A stretch of DNA of 64,000 nucleotides from Candidatus Eiseniibacteriota bacterium (GCA_963707915.1 OY970178.1:1-64000); one strand, 5' to 3'. Numbered from the stretch's first letter, positions 9,348-20,800 are shown. Program-made: numbers and translations. The notes: generated by a model from the sequence alone, not told the origin.

Positions 9348-9731
9348 TCAGCCGACCATCGCCTCCGCCTCGATCTCCACCTTCCAGCGCGGGTCGAGCA
9401 GCCCGGCGACGACCACCATGGTGGCGGCGGGGCGCACCTCGCCGAAGACCTCGCCGTGGGCCCGGCCGATCGCCTCCCAGTCGGCGCCGTTCGCCATGTA
9501 CATGCGGGTTCGCACCACGTGCTGCGGCCCGGCGCCGGCCTCGCGCAACGCGGCCAGGATGATCTCGAGGCAGCGGCGCGTCTGCGCGGCGGGGTCGGCG
9601 TCGCACGAGCCGTCGGGCCAGACCGGGGCGGTGCCGGCGACCAGCACGCGGTGGCCGATGCGCACCGCGCGGCTGAAGCCGATGACGGGCTCGTAGGGCG
9701 AGCCGGAGGAGATGTTGCTGCGCTCGAGCAT
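9348..9731 (-). CDS. RidA/Rid family protein
   Basis: SSGSPYEPVIGFSRAVR, VVRTRMY, RPAATMVVV..L.DPRWKVEIEAEA. Confidence 0.9.
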   Translation of the reverse strand: MLERSNISSGSPYEPVIGFSRAVRIGHRVLVAGTAPVWPDGSCDADPAAQTRRCLEIILAALREAGAGPQHVVRTRMYMANGADWEAIGRAHGEVFGEVRPAATMVVVAGLLDPRWKVEIEAEAMVG

Positions 9732-9801
9732 GGGGTCTCCCTTCGCGGTCCGGCGCCGCGCCTCGGGGGAGGTGCGGCGCCGGGAACGGGTCGTTCGCGG
9801 G

Positions 9802-11067
9802 CTACAGGGTCTTCGGGATCGCCGCGGTGAGCACGTCGGGATCGCCGGTCGTGACCAGCACGTCGTCCTCGATGCGGATGCCGCCGAAGCCGAGCAGCGT
9901 GTCCACCTTCGCCCAGTTCACGGCGTCGCGGTAGCGCGCGCGGCGTGCGGGGTCGTTCAGCAGCGCGGGGATGAAGTAGAGCCCCGGCTCGACCGTGATG
10001 ACGTGGCCGGGCTGGAGCGGGAAGTCGCAGCGCAGGAACGCGAGCCCGAAGCGGGTGCTGCGCTTGCGCCCCGGCAGGTAGCCGCTCGCGTCGCGCACTC
10101 CGAGACCGACCAGGTGGCCGAGCCCGTGCGGGAAGAACAGCGCGTGCGCGTCCTGCTCGACCAGCGAATCCGGTGAGCCGCGCAGGATGCCGAGCCCGAC
10201 CAGGCCCTCGGCCAGGTCGCGCGCGACCGCGAGATGCACGTCGCGCCACTCGGCTCCGGCGCGGCAGCGCTGCACGCCCTTCACCTGGCCGTCGAGCACG
10301 GCCTGGTAGAGCTCGCGGAAGAAGCCCCCCGGCGTGCCGGCCTGGTAGGCACGCGTGACGTCGGCGGCGTAGCGATCGACCTCGGCGCCGGCGTCGATCA
10401 GCACGCAATCGCCGCCGGCCACCCGGCGCGCGCCGGGGCTGAAGTGCAGCACGCCGGAGTTCGAGCCGGCGCCGACGATGGTGCCGAACGCGGTGCGCGT
10501 GGCGCCGCGGCGCAGGAACTCCAGCTCCAGGTCGACCTGCAGCTCGCGCTCGGTCACCCCGGGGCGGATGAGCGTGCGCACCAGGGCGAAGCCCGCCGCG
10601 GTCGCGGCGGCCGCGCGGCGCATGCGCTCGAGTTCCACTTCGTCCTTCAGCCGGATGGTCTGCTGCAACCGCTCGCGCGTCTCGGCGGTGGCGGCCGCGT
10701 CGGCCGCGACGTCGTGCAGCGCCACGCCCAGCATCGCGACCTTGCGCCCGCGGCGCGCCGCGAGCCACGCGGCCAGGCCCGACAGCGGCGTGCCGTCGAC
10801 GTCGGTGCGGCCCTCCCAGACGCGTTCGTCCTCGGTCACGTCGGGCACGAAGTCGGTCCAGCCCGCCATGGGGTCGAAGGCGACGACGCCGCCCACGCAC
10901 TCGCGGTCCGCGAGGTAGATGTACTCGGAGTGCGAGAGGAACGGGTAGGTCTGGTCCTGTCCGCCCGGCATGGAGATGGGCTCGCCCGCACCGACCAGCA
11001 CGATCTCGTCGGTGAGGCCCCAGGCGGCGGCGACCCGGGCACGGCGGCGTTCGAGGTAGGCAGTCAT
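9802..11067 (-). CDS. Xaa-Pro aminopeptidase (M24B family)
   Basis: LIDAGAEVDRYAADVTR, FPHGLGHLVGL, TVEPGLYF, GGIRIEDDVLVT metal-ligand motifs. Confidence 0.9.
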   Translation of the reverse strand: MTAYLERRRARVAAAWGLTDEIVLVGAGEPISMPGGQDQTYPFLSHSEYIYLADRECVGGVVAFDPMAGWTDFVPDVTEDERVWEGRTDVDGTPLSGLAAWLAARRGRKVAMLGVALHDVAADAAATAETRERLQQTIRLKDEVELERMRRAAAATAAGFALVRTLIRPGVTERELQVDLELEFLRRGATRTAFGTIVGAGSNSGVLHFSPGARRVAGGDCVLIDAGAEVDRYAADVTRAYQAGTPGGFFRELYQAVLDGQVKGVQRCRAGAEWRDVHLAVARDLAEGLVGLGILRGSPDSLVEQDAHALFFPHGLGHLVGLGVRDASGYLPGRKRSTRFGLAFLRCDFPLQPGHVITVEPGLYFIPALLNDPARRARYRDAVNWAKVDTLLGFGGIRIEDDVLVTTGDPDVLTAAIPKTL

Positions 11068-11262
11068 CTGCGGTACTCCATCGGGGTCCGGGTGGAAGGG
11101 AGCGCGGGCCGGTCAGCCGCGCGACGCCTGCGAGCCTAATGCCATCCGGCCCGCGTGCGCCAGCCCGACCGGATGGGGCCCGAGCCGCGTCGGTCCGCCG
11201 CGTCCGCCCGCTGGCGCCGCCGCGTCCGGCGGGCGTAGGCTCGCCTCCGAAGGAGGGCCTCG

Positions 11263-12564
11263 ATGAGCATCCGCGAAGACGGTGCCGCCACGCTGGAGTG
11301 GGTCGCGCGCTATCTCGAGCGCGTGGGGGAACTGCCGGTGCTGGCGCAGGTCGAGCCCGGCGAGATCCGTGCGCGCCTGCCCGCCGCCCCGCCCGAGCGC
11401 GGCGAGCCGTTCGCCGCCGTGCTGCGCGACCTCGACGAGGTCCTGCTGCCCGGGGTGACCCACTGGCAGCACCCGCGCTATTTCGCCTACTTCGCCAACA
11501 CCGCGTCCGACCCGGGCATCCTCGCCGAGCTGCTCGCGGCGGCGCTCAACTCGGTGGGCTTCCTGTGGCGCACCGGGCCGGCGCTCACCGAGCTGGAGCT
11601 GGTGGTGCTCGACTGGCTCGCCCAGCTCCTCGGGCTGCCTTCGGGCTGGCACGGCCACATCGAGGACACGGCCTCGACCTCCACGTTCGCCGCGCTGGTC
11701 GCGGCGCGCGAGGCCGCACCCGGGCGCCGCGTGGTGGCCTGCTCGGAGCACGCGCACTCCTCGGTCGAGAAGGCCTGCCGCATGGCGGAGCTCGAGCTGC
11801 GCAAGGTCCCGGTGGACGCGGCCTACCGGATGCGGGCGGACGCGCTCGACCTCACCGGGGCCTGCGCGGTGGTGGCGACGGTCGGCACCACCTCGACGAC
11901 CTCGGTGGACCCGGTGCCGGCGATCGCCGACGCCTGCGAGCGCGCCGGGGTGTGGCTGCACGTGGACGCGGCGTACGCGGGCTCGGCCATGGTCTGCCCG
12001 GAGTTCCGCTGGGCCTTCGCCGGGGTCGAGCGCGCCGACTCGCTGGTGGTGAACGCGCACAAGTGGCTCTTCACGCCGATGGACTGCTCGTGCTTCTGGA
12101 GCCGGCGGCCGGAGGCGCTGCGCCACGCCTTCAGCCTGGTGCCCGAGTACCTGCGCACCACCGACAACGCCGAGGTGAACCTGATGGACTACAGCCCGGT
12201 GCTCGGGCGCCGCTTTCGCGCGCTCAAGCTCTGGGCGGTGCTGCGCTGCCACGGCCGCGAGGGCTTGCAGGCGCTCATCCGCGAGCACGTGCGGCTGGCC
12301 GCGCTCTTCGAGGGCTGGGTGCGCTCGACGCCGGGCTGGGAGGTCTGCGCCCCGCGGCCGTTCTCGGTGGTCTGCTTCCGGCGCGAGGGCGGCGACGCGG
12401 CGAACGCCGCCCTGCTCGAGCGGGTGAACCGCACCGGCGAGGTCTTCCTCTCCGCCACCAAGCTCGACGGGTGCACGGTGTTGCGGCTGGCGATCGGCAA
12501 CGCCCGCACCACCGAGGCGGACGTGCGGCAGGCCTGGGACGTCCTCCAACGGGAGGCGGGCTGA
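11263..12564 (+). CDS. PLP-dependent aromatic L-amino acid decarboxylase family (group II)
   Basis: PGVTHWQHPRYFAYF, AHSSVEKA, TVGTTST, WLHVDAAYAG, NAHKW (PLP lysine), GRRFRALKLW. Confidence 0.92.
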   Translation: MSIREDGAATLEWVARYLERVGELPVLAQVEPGEIRARLPAAPPERGEPFAAVLRDLDEVLLPGVTHWQHPRYFAYFANTASDPGILAELLAAALNSVGFLWRTGPALTELELVVLDWLAQLLGLPSGWHGHIEDTASTSTFAALVAAREAAPGRRVVACSEHAHSSVEKACRMAELELRKVPVDAAYRMRADALDLTGACAVVATVGTTSTTSVDPVPAIADACERAGVWLHVDAAYAGSAMVCPEFRWAFAGVERADSLVVNAHKWLFTPMDCSCFWSRRPEALRHAFSLVPEYLRTTDNAEVNLMDYSPVLGRRFRALKLWAVLRCHGREGLQALIREHVRLAALFEGWVRSTPGWEVCAPRPFSVVCFRREGGDAANAALLERVNRTGEVFLSATKLDGCTVLRLAIGNARTTEADVRQAWDVLQREAG

Positions 12565-12655
12565 TCCGGGCGGGGAGCGGGCGGGGGACCCGGTCGTGGC
12601 GGGAGTTCGCTCACGGGCCGGAGGCCGACTGCCGGCGTGCCGGGGAACTGAGGGC

Positions 12656-12691
12656 TTGACGAAAGCAGCACAGATATGTAAACGTTTTCAT
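12656..12691 (+). promoter_or_regulatory. sigma70-type promoter with overlapping LacI-family operator, heading the glycan operon
   Basis: TTGACG (12656-61)-N17-TAAACG (12679-84); near-palindrome ATGTAAACGTTTTCAT (12676-91); AT-rich island in GC-rich DNA; matching site at 36355. Confidence 0.75.
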
Positions 12692-13084
12692 GCAGCGAAT
12701 GGACCCGTCACGGACGACGGATGAGCCCGCAACGGATGGACCACGGCGGGCGCCGTCGGTGGAACGCGGGTCGAACCTGCGCCCTCCCGGCGGCGGCCGC
12801 AGGCAGCCGCCACGAAAGCGGCTCCCCGAAGGTCCGGCGGTGCGGCGCCGTGCCCGGTCGCGGCGGGGATCGACGTGCTCCGCGCCTCCGGGAACTGGGC
12901 GGGTCCGTGGCGTACGATCTTGCGGGGCATCTCCTTTCGCGCCGCCCCAACCAGGAGGTCGGATGGCAGGAACGACACTGCGGCCCGCGTCCGGCGTGAC
13001 ATCCATCGATCTGGCAGGCATCCCCACTTCCCGAGCATCCAGCCCGTTGGCCGACCCATCATCCGCATCGCAGGAGGTTGCACC

Positions 13085-15023
13085 ATGAGACGTTCGACTC
13101 ACCGCTCTGCTGCTTCTGGGCGCGGCGCTCGCGTGCGTGTCGCCCGCGCTCGGACAGGCGAAGCGCGAGGACGCCATCTGGGCGCGCTCGACCGGCGGCG
13201 CTCCCATCACCCTCGACGGCGTGCTGAGCGAGCCGGCCTGGGCCGCCGCCGAGTCCACGATCGTCCGCTATGGCTACGACAGCGGCATCCCGGGCAGCGG
13301 CTTCCAGTACGAGGGGGGCAAGATCGTCAAGGACAGCACGTACGCGACGCTCAAGTTCCTGGTCTCGGGCAACTACCTGTACGTGGCCGCGATCGTGCGG
13401 GACAGTTCGGTCGGCGGGGACGTCGACTTCAACCGCGTCGACGGCCTCCTCATGCAGATGAAGGACCACACCTCGCTGGCGCGCCCGGCGCCGGCCCGCG
13501 AGTACATGTACTCGTGGTGGTCCCCCACGGACACGCTGAACATGCACCAGGCGGGCAGGGGCCCGTGCCTCCGCGGCTTCTGGGCCCCCCCCGACACGAA
13601 CTACGTGAACGGCTGCGACCGTCCGCGCTCCGCGGCGCAGATCGACGCGTGGGACGCCGCGTGCGTCGTGAACGGCGTCGCGAACCAGGACTCCTCCGGC
13701 GGCGCCCCGACCTACGACCGGGGCTACACGATGGAGCTGAAGTTCGGCCTCACGTCGATGGGCTACGACGTGACCCGCCCCGAGGGTGACATCGTCGAGT
13801 GGGGCGTCTCGATCAAGGACGCCGACTGGGTCTGGCCGCTGAACCTCAAGCGGTTCGGCTCCAACCGGACCTGGTGGCAGAGCCCGTGGGGCCTGGATTC
13901 CTGGTACGGCGAGGTCAGGATCTACGCGCGTCCCGACGTGACCGTCAGCTCGGGCCCGGTGGCGAACATCCCGCCCGAGGTGCGCATCCCCAACGCGGGC
14001 TACTGGCCGGCTCCGATCATCGACGGCCACCTCAACGAGCCGGTCTGGAGCATGGCGCCGAGTTTCGACATCCGCTGGGGCGACGACGCCCTGCGGGACA
14101 GCTACCCCGGCGTCGGGCGGTGGCGGTCCGGCCAGTACCAGCCCACCGTGAACGGCGGGCAGGCCTACGTGTCCGATCCCGGCGACGCGACCGTGCGCTG
14201 GTTCTTCAAGGCCGACACGCTCTACTTCGGCGTCGACGTGCGCGACCAGTGGGTCCAGTACGTCCCGCTGCTCGAGCGCTACGACGGCATCTCGGTGAAC
14301 CTGAACGACCGCGTGGCCCGCTGGCGCGACGGCAACCTCGAGGCGCGCTGGCTGACGTACATCGTGGGGCCCACCGGCAACGGGCTGGCCCTCGACTACC
14401 TGCCGTTCCTGCGCGACACCGCCATGGGCGCGCGCGTGGCGCTCACGCTCAAGGGCAACACCTTCGTCGACACCATCGGCTTCGCGCCGGACTCCGGCTA
14501 CACCATCGAGATGGCGGTCGACCTGACCAAGCTCGGCTACCCGCACGGCCTCGGCGACGGCTCGCTGTTCGTGGGGCTCAACCTGATGGACGGCGACTCC
14601 TTCGGGTCGTCCTCGACCGACTCGTACGCGACGCGGCAGTGGTGGTTCTGGCAGCAGCAGCGCGACTGCTGCCCGGCCTGGGCCTACCTGGACCCGAACC
14701 TCTTCGTGACGACCGACGTGTCGGGTTCGCCGGGCGCGGAGCGCTTCCAGCTGCTGGGCAACTACCCGAACCCGTTCCGCTCCCTGACCACGATCCATTA
14801 CTCGCTGGCGGCGGCCAGCGACGTAACGCTGGAGGTCTTCGACCTCCAGGGCCGGCTGGTGGTGAAGCGCGCGCTCGGGACGCAGGCGCCGGGCAGGCAC
14901 CAGGCCACGTTCTCGAACCCCGGCCTGCGTGCCGGGATCTACCTGTACCGCATGCGGGCCGCCGACGTGCTCTCGGGGGCGCTGCGTGCGTCGCTGTCCG
15001 GGAAGATGCTGCTGGTGAAGTAG
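13085..15023 (+). CDS. Secreted protein with two CBM9/DOMON-like domains and a T9SS type-A-like C-terminal domain (one +1 frameshift near 13097)
   Basis: AGGAGG-N7-ATG at 13085; deleting one base gives the signal peptide MRRSLTALLLLGAALACVSPALG, in frame with ORF 13137..15023. Repeated ITLDGVLSEPAW / PIIDGHLNEPVW; tail NYPNPF...VFDLQGRLV...GIYLYR...KMLLVK. Confidence 0.75.
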
Positions 15024-15048
15024 CAGGGGCCGGGTGAGCGGTTCCCGA

Positions 15049-15075
15049 CGGGGCGGGCCCGAGCGGCCCGCCCCG
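15049..15075 (+). other. Intergenic 11-bp GC hairpin
   Basis: cggggcgggcc-cgagc-ggcccgccccg between the CBM9-like gene and the TonB-dependent receptor. Confidence 0.6.
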
Positions 15076-15118
15076 CGCGGGCTGCGACGGAAACGGGACC
15101 CACGAGGGGCTGCAGGCC

Positions 15119-17782
15119 ATGCGTCGCGAGTGGAACCAGGGAGCCGTACGGAGAGCGTCGCTGGTCGGCGTTCTGCTGTTGTCGCTGTTGGTCGTCCACG
15201 CCGCCTGGGCCGGCACCACCGGCAAGCTCTCGGGCCGGGTGCTGGACAAGAAGAAACAGCCCCTGGCCGGCGCCAACGTCGCCATCCCGGTCGCGCGGCT
15301 GGGAGCGCTGAGCGACGCGGAGGGCCGCTACTCCATCATCGGGGTCCCCGCCGGGACCTGCGTGGTGAAGGTCAACCTGCTCGGCTACGGCCCGGTCGCG
15401 GTGCAGGACGTGCGCATCTCCGCGGACAACACCACGGCGCTCGACGTCGAGCTGGCCGAGGCGCCGCTGCTGATGAAGGAGGTCGTGATCTCGGCGCAGC
15501 GTCCGGTCGTGGACCTCAAGCTCACCAGCACGATGGCCACCGTGAGCCGCGAGGACCTCAAGACCATGCCGGTGCAGGAGCTGCAGGACGTGGTGAACCT
15601 GCAGGCCGGCGTGGTGGACGGCCACTTCCGCGGCGGGCGCCTGGGCGAGGTCCAGTACCAGGTGGACGGCGTCTCGGTGAACAACGCCTACGACAACTCG
15701 TCGAGCCTGCGCATCGACCGCTCGCTGATCGAGGAGGTGCAGGTCATCAGCGGCACCTTCGACGCCGAGTACGGGCAGGCCATGAGCGGCGTCGTGAACG
15801 CGGTGCTGCGTCGCGGGACCGACCGGTTCCGCTGGGACGCCGAGGTGTTCTCCGGCGGCTTCGTCTACTCGGGCGGCCGGCGGGACGTGGCGCCCTACTT
15901 CCGCGAGTTCCGCCCGGCGGGCGTCCGGAACTACCAGGTCAGCGTCAGCGGTCCCACCGGGCTGCCCAGGACCTTCTTCCTGCTGAGCGGCCGGCACTAC
16001 GTCTCCGAGGACTACCTGACTGCGCGGCGCGACTTCATGCCTGCCGACCGCCCGGCCCTCACCGGGCGCGCCACGGGCGACAATGAGAAGATGCCCCTGG
16101 GGTACGGCCACGAATGGTCGGGCGTGGGCAAGCTCACGAACCGCTCGCTCAAGAACGTCGAGCTGAACTACCAGGGGATCTTCAACGTGGTGGACGCGCA
16201 GCGCGCGAACTACGCCTTCCGCTTCAATCCCGACGGCATGTCGAAGCAGCACACCTTCTCGCTCGTGCACGGCCTGGACTGGACGCACACCCTTTCGAAG
16301 ACCACCTTCTACAACGTCAGCCTGCGGCAGAACTACTTCGACTACAAGGACATGGTCTACGACGACGTCTACGACCCGCGCTACGATGCGGCCGGGCCTC
16401 CGGTCGGGTACCCGGACTATCAGTACGGCGCGTACGTGCAGGGCGTGGACTTCGCGCGCTTCAAGCAGAAGACCAGCACGATCGTCTGGAAGAGCTCCTT
16501 CGTCAGCCAGGTCACGCGCGACCAGCAGATCAAGGTCGGGGCCGAGTTCGAGTGGCCGCACGTCTACTTCGGCAACCCGGGCTTCCTGGAGTACACGCAG
16601 AAGGGCGGGCGGGACTCGCTCTTCCGGCACGTGAACGAGCCCCCGAAGTACCCGGGGGTCCAGGAGTACCGGCCGTACGCGGCCGCGGCGTTCGCCCAGG
16701 AGGACCTCGAGTGGAACGACCTGCGCGTCCGCGGCGGCCTGCGCTTCGAGTACTTCGACGCGCTGGCCACGCTGCCCAGCGACCTCGCGAACCCGGCGAG
16801 CGACCCGCGACTCGCGCTGGTCGTCCCGTACCGGGCCGCCACGCGGAAGATGTCGCTGGCCCCGCGGCTGGGCGTGTCCTACCCGATCACGCGGGACGCC
16901 GCGCTGTTCTTCGCCTACGGGCACTTCTACCAGATGCCGCCGCTGCGGGACATCTTCCAGAACGCCGACTACAACGTCCTCAAGGACCTCCAGGCGAGCT
17001 CGGTCAGCTACGCCGTGCTGGGGAACCCGGACATCCGCCCGGAGAAGACCGTGCAGTACGAGTTCGGCTACAAGCAGGCGGTCACCGAGTGGCTGGGGGT
17101 CGACCTGAACGTCTTCTACAAGGACATCCGCGACCTGCTCGGCGTGGAGTTCATCTCGACCTACAACGACGCCGAGTACGCGCGCCTGACCAACGTGGAC
17201 TTCGGCAACGTCATCGGCTTCACCGTGGCGCTGGAGCAGCGCCGCCGCGGCCTGCTCAGCACCGCGCTCGACTACACCTGGCAGGTGGCGCGCAGGGCAA
17301 CTCGAGCGACCCGCGCGAGACCGCCACGCGGGCCGCGGCGGGCGCAGGACCCGCGCCCGCGGCAGATCCCGTTCAACTGGGACCAGCGGCACACGCTCAA
17401 CCTGACCGTGATGGTCTCGCGCCCGGCCGACTTCTCGCTGAGCGGCATCGTGCGCGTGGCGAGCGGGCAGCCCTACACGCCGGCCATCTCGGCGGGCTTC
17501 GGCGGCGGCCTCGGGACGAACTCGGGGCACAAGCCGACGGGCATGCTGGTGGACCTGCGCGGGGACAAGCGCATGCGCCTGGGCGGAATGGGCGCGAGCC
17601 TGTTCGCGCGCGTCTTCAACCTGTTCGACTCGCGGTTCTTCAACGGCTTCGTCTTCGACAACTCCGGGAGCCCGGACTACTCGCGCTTCCCGGAGGCGGA
17701 CCGGGTCCAACTGGCGAACCCGACGCGCTTCTACGGACCGCGGCGCATCGAGGTCGGCCTCACCCTGAACGCGGGGCGCTGA
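15119..17782 (+). CDS. TonB-dependent receptor with N-terminal carboxypeptidase-regulatory-like domain
   Basis: Signal peptide, GTTGKLSGRV..D...PLAGANV, plug (HFRGGR..EV.YQVDG...ISGTFDAEYGQAMSGVVN), GNPDIRPEKTVQYEFG, NLFD, terminal PRRIEVGL strand. A compensated +2/+1 frameshift at about 17291-17344 hides QGNSSDPRETATRAAAG. Confidence 0.9.
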   Translation: MRREWNQGAVRRASLVGVLLLSLLVVHAAWAGTTGKLSGRVLDKKKQPLAGANVAIPVARLGALSDAEGRYSIIGVPAGTCVVKVNLLGYGPVAVQDVRISADNTTALDVELAEAPLLMKEVVISAQRPVVDLKLTSTMATVSREDLKTMPVQELQDVVNLQAGVVDGHFRGGRLGEVQYQVDGVSVNNAYDNSSSLRIDRSLIEEVQVISGTFDAEYGQAMSGVVNAVLRRGTDRFRWDAEVFSGGFVYSGGRRDVAPYFREFRPAGVRNYQVSVSGPTGLPRTFFLLSGRHYVSEDYLTARRDFMPADRPALTGRATGDNEKMPLGYGHEWSGVGKLTNRSLKNVELNYQGIFNVVDAQRANYAFRFNPDGMSKQHTFSLVHGLDWTHTLSKTTFYNVSLRQNYFDYKDMVYDDVYDPRYDAAGPPVGYPDYQYGAYVQGVDFARFKQKTSTIVWKSSFVSQVTRDQQIKVGAEFEWPHVYFGNPGFLEYTQKGGRDSLFRHVNEPPKYPGVQEYRPYAAAAFAQEDLEWNDLRVRGGLRFEYFDALATLPSDLANPASDPRLALVVPYRAATRKMSLAPRLGVSYPITRDAALFFAYGHFYQMPPLRDIFQNADYNVLKDLQASSVSYAVLGNPDIRPEKTVQYEFGYKQAVTEWLGVDLNVFYKDIRDLLGVEFISTYNDAEYARLTNVDFGNVIGFTVALEQRRRGLLSTALDYTWQVARRATRATRARPPRGPRRAQDPRPRQIPFNWDQRHTLNLTVMVSRPADFSLSGIVRVASGQPYTPAISAGFGGGLGTNSGHKPTGMLVDLRGDKRMRLGGMGASLFARVFNLFDSRFFNGFVFDNSGSPDYSRFPEADRVQLANPTRFYGPRRIEVGLTLNAGR

Positions 17783-17828
17783 CATGCGCGCGCGGAGAGC
17801 TTCGGGAAGGGGACATCGAGAGGTGCTC

Positions 17829-20800
17829 ATGAAGGGCCTGGGTCTCGGCATCTGGCTGGTCGCCCTGCTGGCGGCGGCACCCGCGCGGGCGGACCTCGCG
17901 CCCGTCGTCCCGTTCAGCCTGCGCGGGGACAGCGACTGGGAGCGCTCCGGCTCCCACGACGCGAACCGGATCCGCACGGTGTTCTGGAACTACGGAATGG
18001 TCGGCGACTACCCGCCCGATCCCGGCAACGTGGACCTGAGCGTCTTCCACTCCGTCGAGGTGCCCAAGGGCAGCGGGATGAACTACACGCGACGGCATCA
18101 CGCCCTTCGTGCTGGCCCGGATCGTCCAGACCACGGGCGACACCGCCATCATCATGGAGACCGGCTTCCGCGAGCGGCAGGGCATCAGCCCGGCCGGCAA
18201 CCGGATCATGCGCTTCGAGCCGCGGCCCGGGTTCTTCCAGGCCAGCGCGGACACCAACAAGGGGCGCTCGCCGGCCATCAGCACCGACCCGCGCACCTGG
18301 CCCAACCGGTGGCCGGACCGGCTGTCCGACCCCGACGACCCGGGCTGGACCGGGAGCTGGAACGGCTACTTCGGCAAGCGGCCGGCGGCCGACCAGGAGA
18401 GCTTCACGGTGATGGACGACAACTACTACGACGCCTGGGACTACGCGGCCGACTCCCGCGCCGCGGTGGGCGACACCACGCGCCACGGGCTCGGCCTGCG
18501 CGTCGAGGTGCGCGGGTTCCAGTGGGCCAACCCGCAGGCCGGCAACGTCATCTTCTGGCACTACGACATCACCAACGAGAGCACGACCGACTACGACGAC
18601 AACATCATCTTCGGCCTGTACATGGACTCCGGGCGTCGGCGGCTCGGCGCTCTCCTGCGACGGCATCTACGAGTCGGACGACGACAACGCGTACTTCGAC
18701 CGCTCCGCGGGGCCTCAACCTGGTCTACACCTGGGACAGCTACGGCCACGGCGTGGACCTGAGCGGCAACTGCGGGCCGACCGGCTACCTCGGCTACGCC
18801 TACCTGGAGACGCCCGGCAACCCGTACGACGGCATCGACAACGACGACGACGGCATCATCGACGAGCGCCGCGACGGCGGGCCCGGGCACGCGGATCGAC
18901 GGCCAGGACGCGATCCGCGCCTACGTCGACCGCGCACTACGACCTGGCGAAGTTCGAGGCCGTTCTACGGCCCGCTCGAGAAGCGCCCGGCCTACCGCGC
19001 CGGGACCTGGTGGACGGGCGACGAGGACATGGACTGGGTGGCGGAGTTCCACGACGTGGGCGCCGACGGCGTGGCCGGCACGCACGACACCGGCGAGGGC
19101 GACGGCATCCCGACCGAGGGCGAGCCCAACTTCGACCGCACCGACCAGGACGAGTCGGACCAGATCGGCCTGACCGGCTTCAAGATGAACCGCATCAAGG
19201 CCGGCGACGGCAACCCGAACCCGATCATCGACGACATCCTCTTCTACGAGCAGGCCAAGCACTGGCCGCACCCGGCTCTGGGAGCACTTCACCGACGCCA
19301 ACCCCGCCGCCCGCTTCGACTCGGCGGTGGCGGCCAACTACAACATCGGGTTCCTGTTCGCCTCGGGCCCGTTCAAGCTGCCGGCGGGGCAGCGCGAGCG
19401 CTTCAGCCTCGCGCTGGCCTACGGCGAGGACCTGACCGAGCTGCGCGAGACGGTGCAGACCGTCCAGTTGATCTACAACGCGAACTACCAGTTCGCGGTC
19501 CCGCCCCCGGCGCCGACCGTGACGGCGGAGGCCGGGGACGGGCACGTGCGGCTCTCGTGGGACGACGTCGCGGAGCGGGGCGTGGACCCGGTGACCAACG
19601 AGTTCGACTTCGAGGGCTACCGCATCTACCGCTCGACCGACCCCGAGTTCCGCGACCCGCAGATCGTGGCCACCGGCTCGAACGCCCTCTGGCTCCCGAA
19701 CGGGAAGCCCATCGCCCAGTTCGACCTCAAGGACGGCCGGACCGGCTACTCGCGCAAGGTCGATCGGCGGGATCGGCTACTACCTGGGCGACGACAGCGG
19801 CATCACGCACACCTGGACCGACACGCACGGTGACGAACGGCCAGCAGTACTACTACGCGGTGTGCGCCTACGACTACGGCTTCGATCCCGGCTCGGACTC
19901 GCTCGCGATCTTCCCCTCGGAGAACTCGATCACGGTCTCGCGCACGCCGCGCGGCGGACTGATCCTGCCGCGGAACGTGGTCGCGGTGCGGCCCAACCCG
20001 CGGGTGCCCGGCTACGTGCCGGCGAGCTCCGGCGAGGTGCGGAAGGTCGCGGGCGACGGCTCGGGCACGGTCCGGGTGGAGGTCGTCAATTCGGCGATCG
20101 TCCCGAACGGCAGCCTGTTCCGACTCGGCTTCCTGGCGGATTCCCCGGACAGCGTCCACGCGACCTGGTACGAGCTGCGGGACAGCACCGCGCACACCAC
20201 GCTTGTTCTCGCGCGGGGCGCGACTTCGACGGGCAGGGGATCGGCTCGACCGCCGCGGGCCTGCTTCCGCTCGTGACCACCCACCCGGTGGCCACCGTGG
20301 ACAGCCTCGCCTCCGGCTTCCGGGCCGGCAGCAACTCGAACGCCCGGCTCTATTCCTTCTACACCGGCGCGCTGCCGCAGAACCAGCGCCGCACCGGCTA
20401 CCCCGACGACATCTCGATCGTCTTCGCGGACGCGCTGGTCGACACCGGTCTCGCGTGGGGGCCGGTCCCGCGCGCGCCGGCCCGGTTCCGGGTCTACGCC
20501 CGCACCGACACGGGCGACGTGCGGCTCCCGTTCCGCTTCCGGGACTACAACCGCGACGGCACGCTCGACTCGCTGGGCGAGTTCATCGAGGTCGTCTCGC
20601 CCGGCCCGCTGGTGCGGATCGACTCGCTCGTCACCTGGCGCCTCCAGCTCGACCCGCGTGGTCCCACCGGGCTTCCCGGCATCGTGGCGCCCCGCGCGGG
20701 CGACGTCTACGACCTCAAGGTCGTCCGCCCGTTCAACGTGTCCGACGTCTTCGTCTTCAGCACCGCGGGCGAGACGGCGGGGCCCGCGGCGGCCCGCACG

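Noticed and set aside
9348..12564. RidA + aminopeptidase P + aromatic amino-acid decarboxylase as a biosynthetic cluster
   Set aside because: Divergent orientation, common housekeeping families, and no scaffold-forming enzyme.
12699..12908. Cobalamin or other known riboswitch in the operon leader
   Set aside because: Only a fragmentary resemblance (gcccgcaac); conserved boxes were not found in order and the downstream genes do not fit.
12908..12923. sigma54-like TGGCGT...TTGC
   Set aside because: GG-to-GC spacing is 11 nt rather than the required 10.
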